Assembly (NCBI GenBank): GCA_030295235.1
Contig: AP026169.1
Location: 434,001 to 498,000, forward strand
Reading direction: 5' to 3'
Origin: Fistulifera solaris
Taxonomy: Eukaryota
DNA: 64,000 nucleotides
A program made the translations under genes and the position numbers. Under the pieces are notes generated by a model. The model had not been told where the DNA came from. It did not search any database and saw only the letters and a program-made list of their open reading frames with translations. Below, one piece after another: positions 61,389 through 64,000 of the stretch (positions are counted from its first letter, which is position 1; each line of letters begins with the position of its first letter).

Positions 61389-62766
61389 ATGTCATCTCGT
61401 CCAGCTGTTCCATTTTCAAGCTCCAAAGTCAATTTTATGAATATGAAACCATGGCTTTTGCTTTTATGCACAATCAATACTGCGACGGCCGCTTGGTGGC
61501 TCGACCGAGAAACGGAATGGCAATTCCAAGACCGTCTCATCGCTCCGGAACGACAACGTCGGAGTGATCGGTTGGGTCGAGCGGTCGCCATTTCCAAACA
61601 AAGCATCGTTGTAGGAGCGTACTGGGATTCGTCTCCGGAGACTTTGTATGTGGGAGCCGTTCATGTGTACACGCCCGGAGAACGATTCTATCAACACAAT
61701 GATGTGTGGAAACATCGAGCCAAAGTGACATCACGAGACGTAAGTCCTCTCGATCAATATGGATCAACCGTGGATCTGTACGGTAACACATTGGTGGTAG
61801 GTGTACCCTTTTTGACGGAGATGTGGGAACCGATCAAGGCGGAGTCTTTGTATATCAAGGTGGTACTGACCCAGAAACCTGGATCGAACTGCAATTGTTA
61901 CGAGCCAGCAATGCCGGAAGGGATGATCAATTTGGTGTCTCTGTCGCCGTTTATGAGAACACTCTAGTTGTTGGTGCTCCTATGAATGACCCTAGTAACG
62001 TAAATAATGCTGGAGCGGCGTATGTTTTGCAAAAACACGGTGATGTGTGGACCGAAACGACTATACTCACGCCGATGGATGTGGCGCCCGACGACTTTTT
62101 TGGTGGGGTCGTGTCCATTCATGATGATATCATTGTTGTCGGTGCCAGAGGGAAAGATACGACTGCAACGGATTCAGGTGCGGTTTATGTATTTACGCGT
62201 GACGCCTTTGATGTATGGACCGAAGAAACCATTTTGACGGCCATGACGGAAAACCACGGATACGGTGTAGCTACCGCCACTGACGGTACAACGATTGTCG
62301 TGGGCGCCATTCGCGATGGCACATTAGGTACAAACGCTGGTGCCGTCTTTGTTTATTCTCGTGACAATGGCGACTGGACCCTAGATGCCAAGCTGGTGGC
62401 CGGTGATGGAAAAGCGGGCGATCAGTTTGAATTGCTGTTGCCGTTGACGGCAATGTTATTGTAGTAGGTGCCCATTTCGATGACGTCGCAGAGTTATCAA
62501 ATGTTGGGTCGGCCTATGTTTTTCGAAAAGTCAACGGTTCTTGGAGCGAAGAGCAAAAGCTCACTGCTTGTGACGGAAGCCCCGGAGATGGATATGGATT
62601 TTCTGTGGACGTGGAAGGAGACCAAATTGTTGTGGGTTCTTTCGCCAGTGATATTATGCATCACCTTGGACGAGATGCGGGTGTAGGGTATGTATATAAA
62701 TACGACCGTAAACGAAGGAGGCTTCGTTCACGAAGATGTCGGCGAAGGAATTCAGACGGAAACTAA
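61389..62766 (+). CDS. Secreted seven-repeat FG-GAP (integrin-alpha-type) beta-propeller protein; frameshifts ~61810, ~62428
   Basis: Signal-like MKPWLLLLCTINTATAAW; seven DxFGxxVxxxxxxxVVGA...GAxYV repeats after frame correction; TAA 62764-62766. The start could be 61389 or ~61437-61443. Confidence 0.85.
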
Positions 62767-62784
62767 GCTGCTATTAATTTAAAG

Positions 62785-63881
62785 CTATCTGTATAGTTCA
62801 TTCCATGTTCTCAGCTCACTAGAAACGCCTTCACTTCCGGCATGTGTTCGTTGCGTGCGAAGTCGCTCTTGCTCATATGCCGCATCGTCCGTCGGCAGCT
62901 CTCGCCGACAATAGGGACATGTATTGTGGGATTTGAGCCACACTAACGCACAAGACTCGTGAAAGATATGCCCGCATTCGGGAAGGCGTAAAATCGTCTG
63001 CGACAACTGAAAATCATCCGTACAAATGACACACTCCTTGGCCTGTTTCTGAATTTTGAACTGACAGAGTAGGGTGCCGAAGGCTGACTGCACGCGTCTA
63101 GAAGCGCACGTGCATCCGCCTGCTTGATCATGACAACCGGAATCGTCAAATTTTCTCGTTCCGCCTCTTTCGTTGAATCTCGCATCACGTACGGCCACGG
63201 TTCCGCGAGATGGTTGCCGATAATGACAGCTTGAGCGCCAGCCTCCTGGGCGACAAGTGCTTTTCTGGCGAAATTTACGCCATCTCCTCGTTCCATGTAC
63301 AGAACGGAACGCTGTTGTCGAAGAGCTTGCTGTGTATTGGCAGATAACTTGTTGCCTTTTGCTGTTTTCGGTTCGGCTATTATAATTGCAGCATCTTCGA
63401 TACAACACGGCTGAGCTGATCCAAATTCACCAGGAATAGCTTCGCATCGAAACACAACACGCTCCGAGTTTCGCAATTCAATCGTCGACGGATGCAAGAA
63501 AAGCGTATTTTCCAACACGATTCGCGGTAATTGTTCCAAAGCTCTTCCCGCTGTGGCTCGCTGATTGGATGCAGGAGTCTGTTGAATGATTTCGCCCCTT
63601 AAAATTTCCAAGGATTCCATCAACTCTTGCTGAGCTTGTTGTGTGTCGACTACACTTTGTTGCACATGTCGCAGCAAATGAGACAAATGTCGTGCATTTT
63701 GACGAACATCTTCGACGAGGTCTTCCGGTACGAGTGAATATGGACTGCGTTGTTGTTGTTGCTGAGTTGCTTGTGCTGGAGGACTCGTGAGAGTCGTGCC
63801 ACAAATCGTGCATATGGAAGGATGATCGTGGCAGACTTCTTGACAAGAGGGACAGTAAATGTTGCCCGCAGGAATCGTCAT
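62785..63881 (-). CDS. RING-H2 E3 ubiquitin ligase with N-terminal zinc ribbon and PA (protease-associated) domain; frameshift ~63055
   Basis: YCPSCQ...CTICG; PA motifs MERGDGVNFARKALVAQEAGAQAVIIGN, IPVVMI; RING CVICTDDF...LPECGHIFHESCALVWLKSHNTCPYCRRELPTDD. Confidence 0.88.
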
Positions 63882-64000
63882 GTGAGTTGTATAGTTGGCG
63901 CAGCACGAGATTGTGGAAGAGTATTTTAACAATGTTGTTATCAAATACACAAATGAATGGGAACTATAAAAAAACTTGAGAATAACGCCGTCGTCGCCCG

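Overview
Gene-dense eukaryotic nuclear DNA, most likely from a diatom (probably pennate). This rests on ~70-90 nt GT-AG introns, short intergenic spacers, many bipartite signal + ASAF-type plastid presequences and a diatom-style cyclin; the taxon is inferred, not searched. I can support about 34 protein-coding genes. They include hemD, leuA, ilvA, panC, NIT2, REX4, RPL24, SNW1/Prp45, kinesin-4, cyclin, GET4, V-ATPase subunit C, an MBOAT acyltransferase, a sulfotransferase and an inositol 5-phosphatase. Roughly 30 single-base frameshifts, mostly in homopolymer runs, break even essential genes. This points to an unpolished long-read assembly rather than pseudogenes, so gene models were stitched by hand and some boundaries are approximate. 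I recognised no rRNA, tRNA, CRISPR array or transposon. The best leads are: (1) a tandem-duplicated TrmY/Nep1-like SPOUT methyltransferase with a nucleolar-type KKE tail; (2) a PNUTS-like PP1 regulator whose 681-nt intron is packed with nested and competing helices; (3) a metallo-beta-lactamase + cNMP-binding phosphodiesterase of the Dictyostelium PdeD/PdeE type; (4) a 35-aa repeat protein resembling multi-WH2/beta-thymosin actin binders; (5) a loose leuA-ilvA-panC cluster; (6) two recurrent intergenic motifs, TACGGAGTA (7 copies, all + strand) and TACC(N)GGTA.
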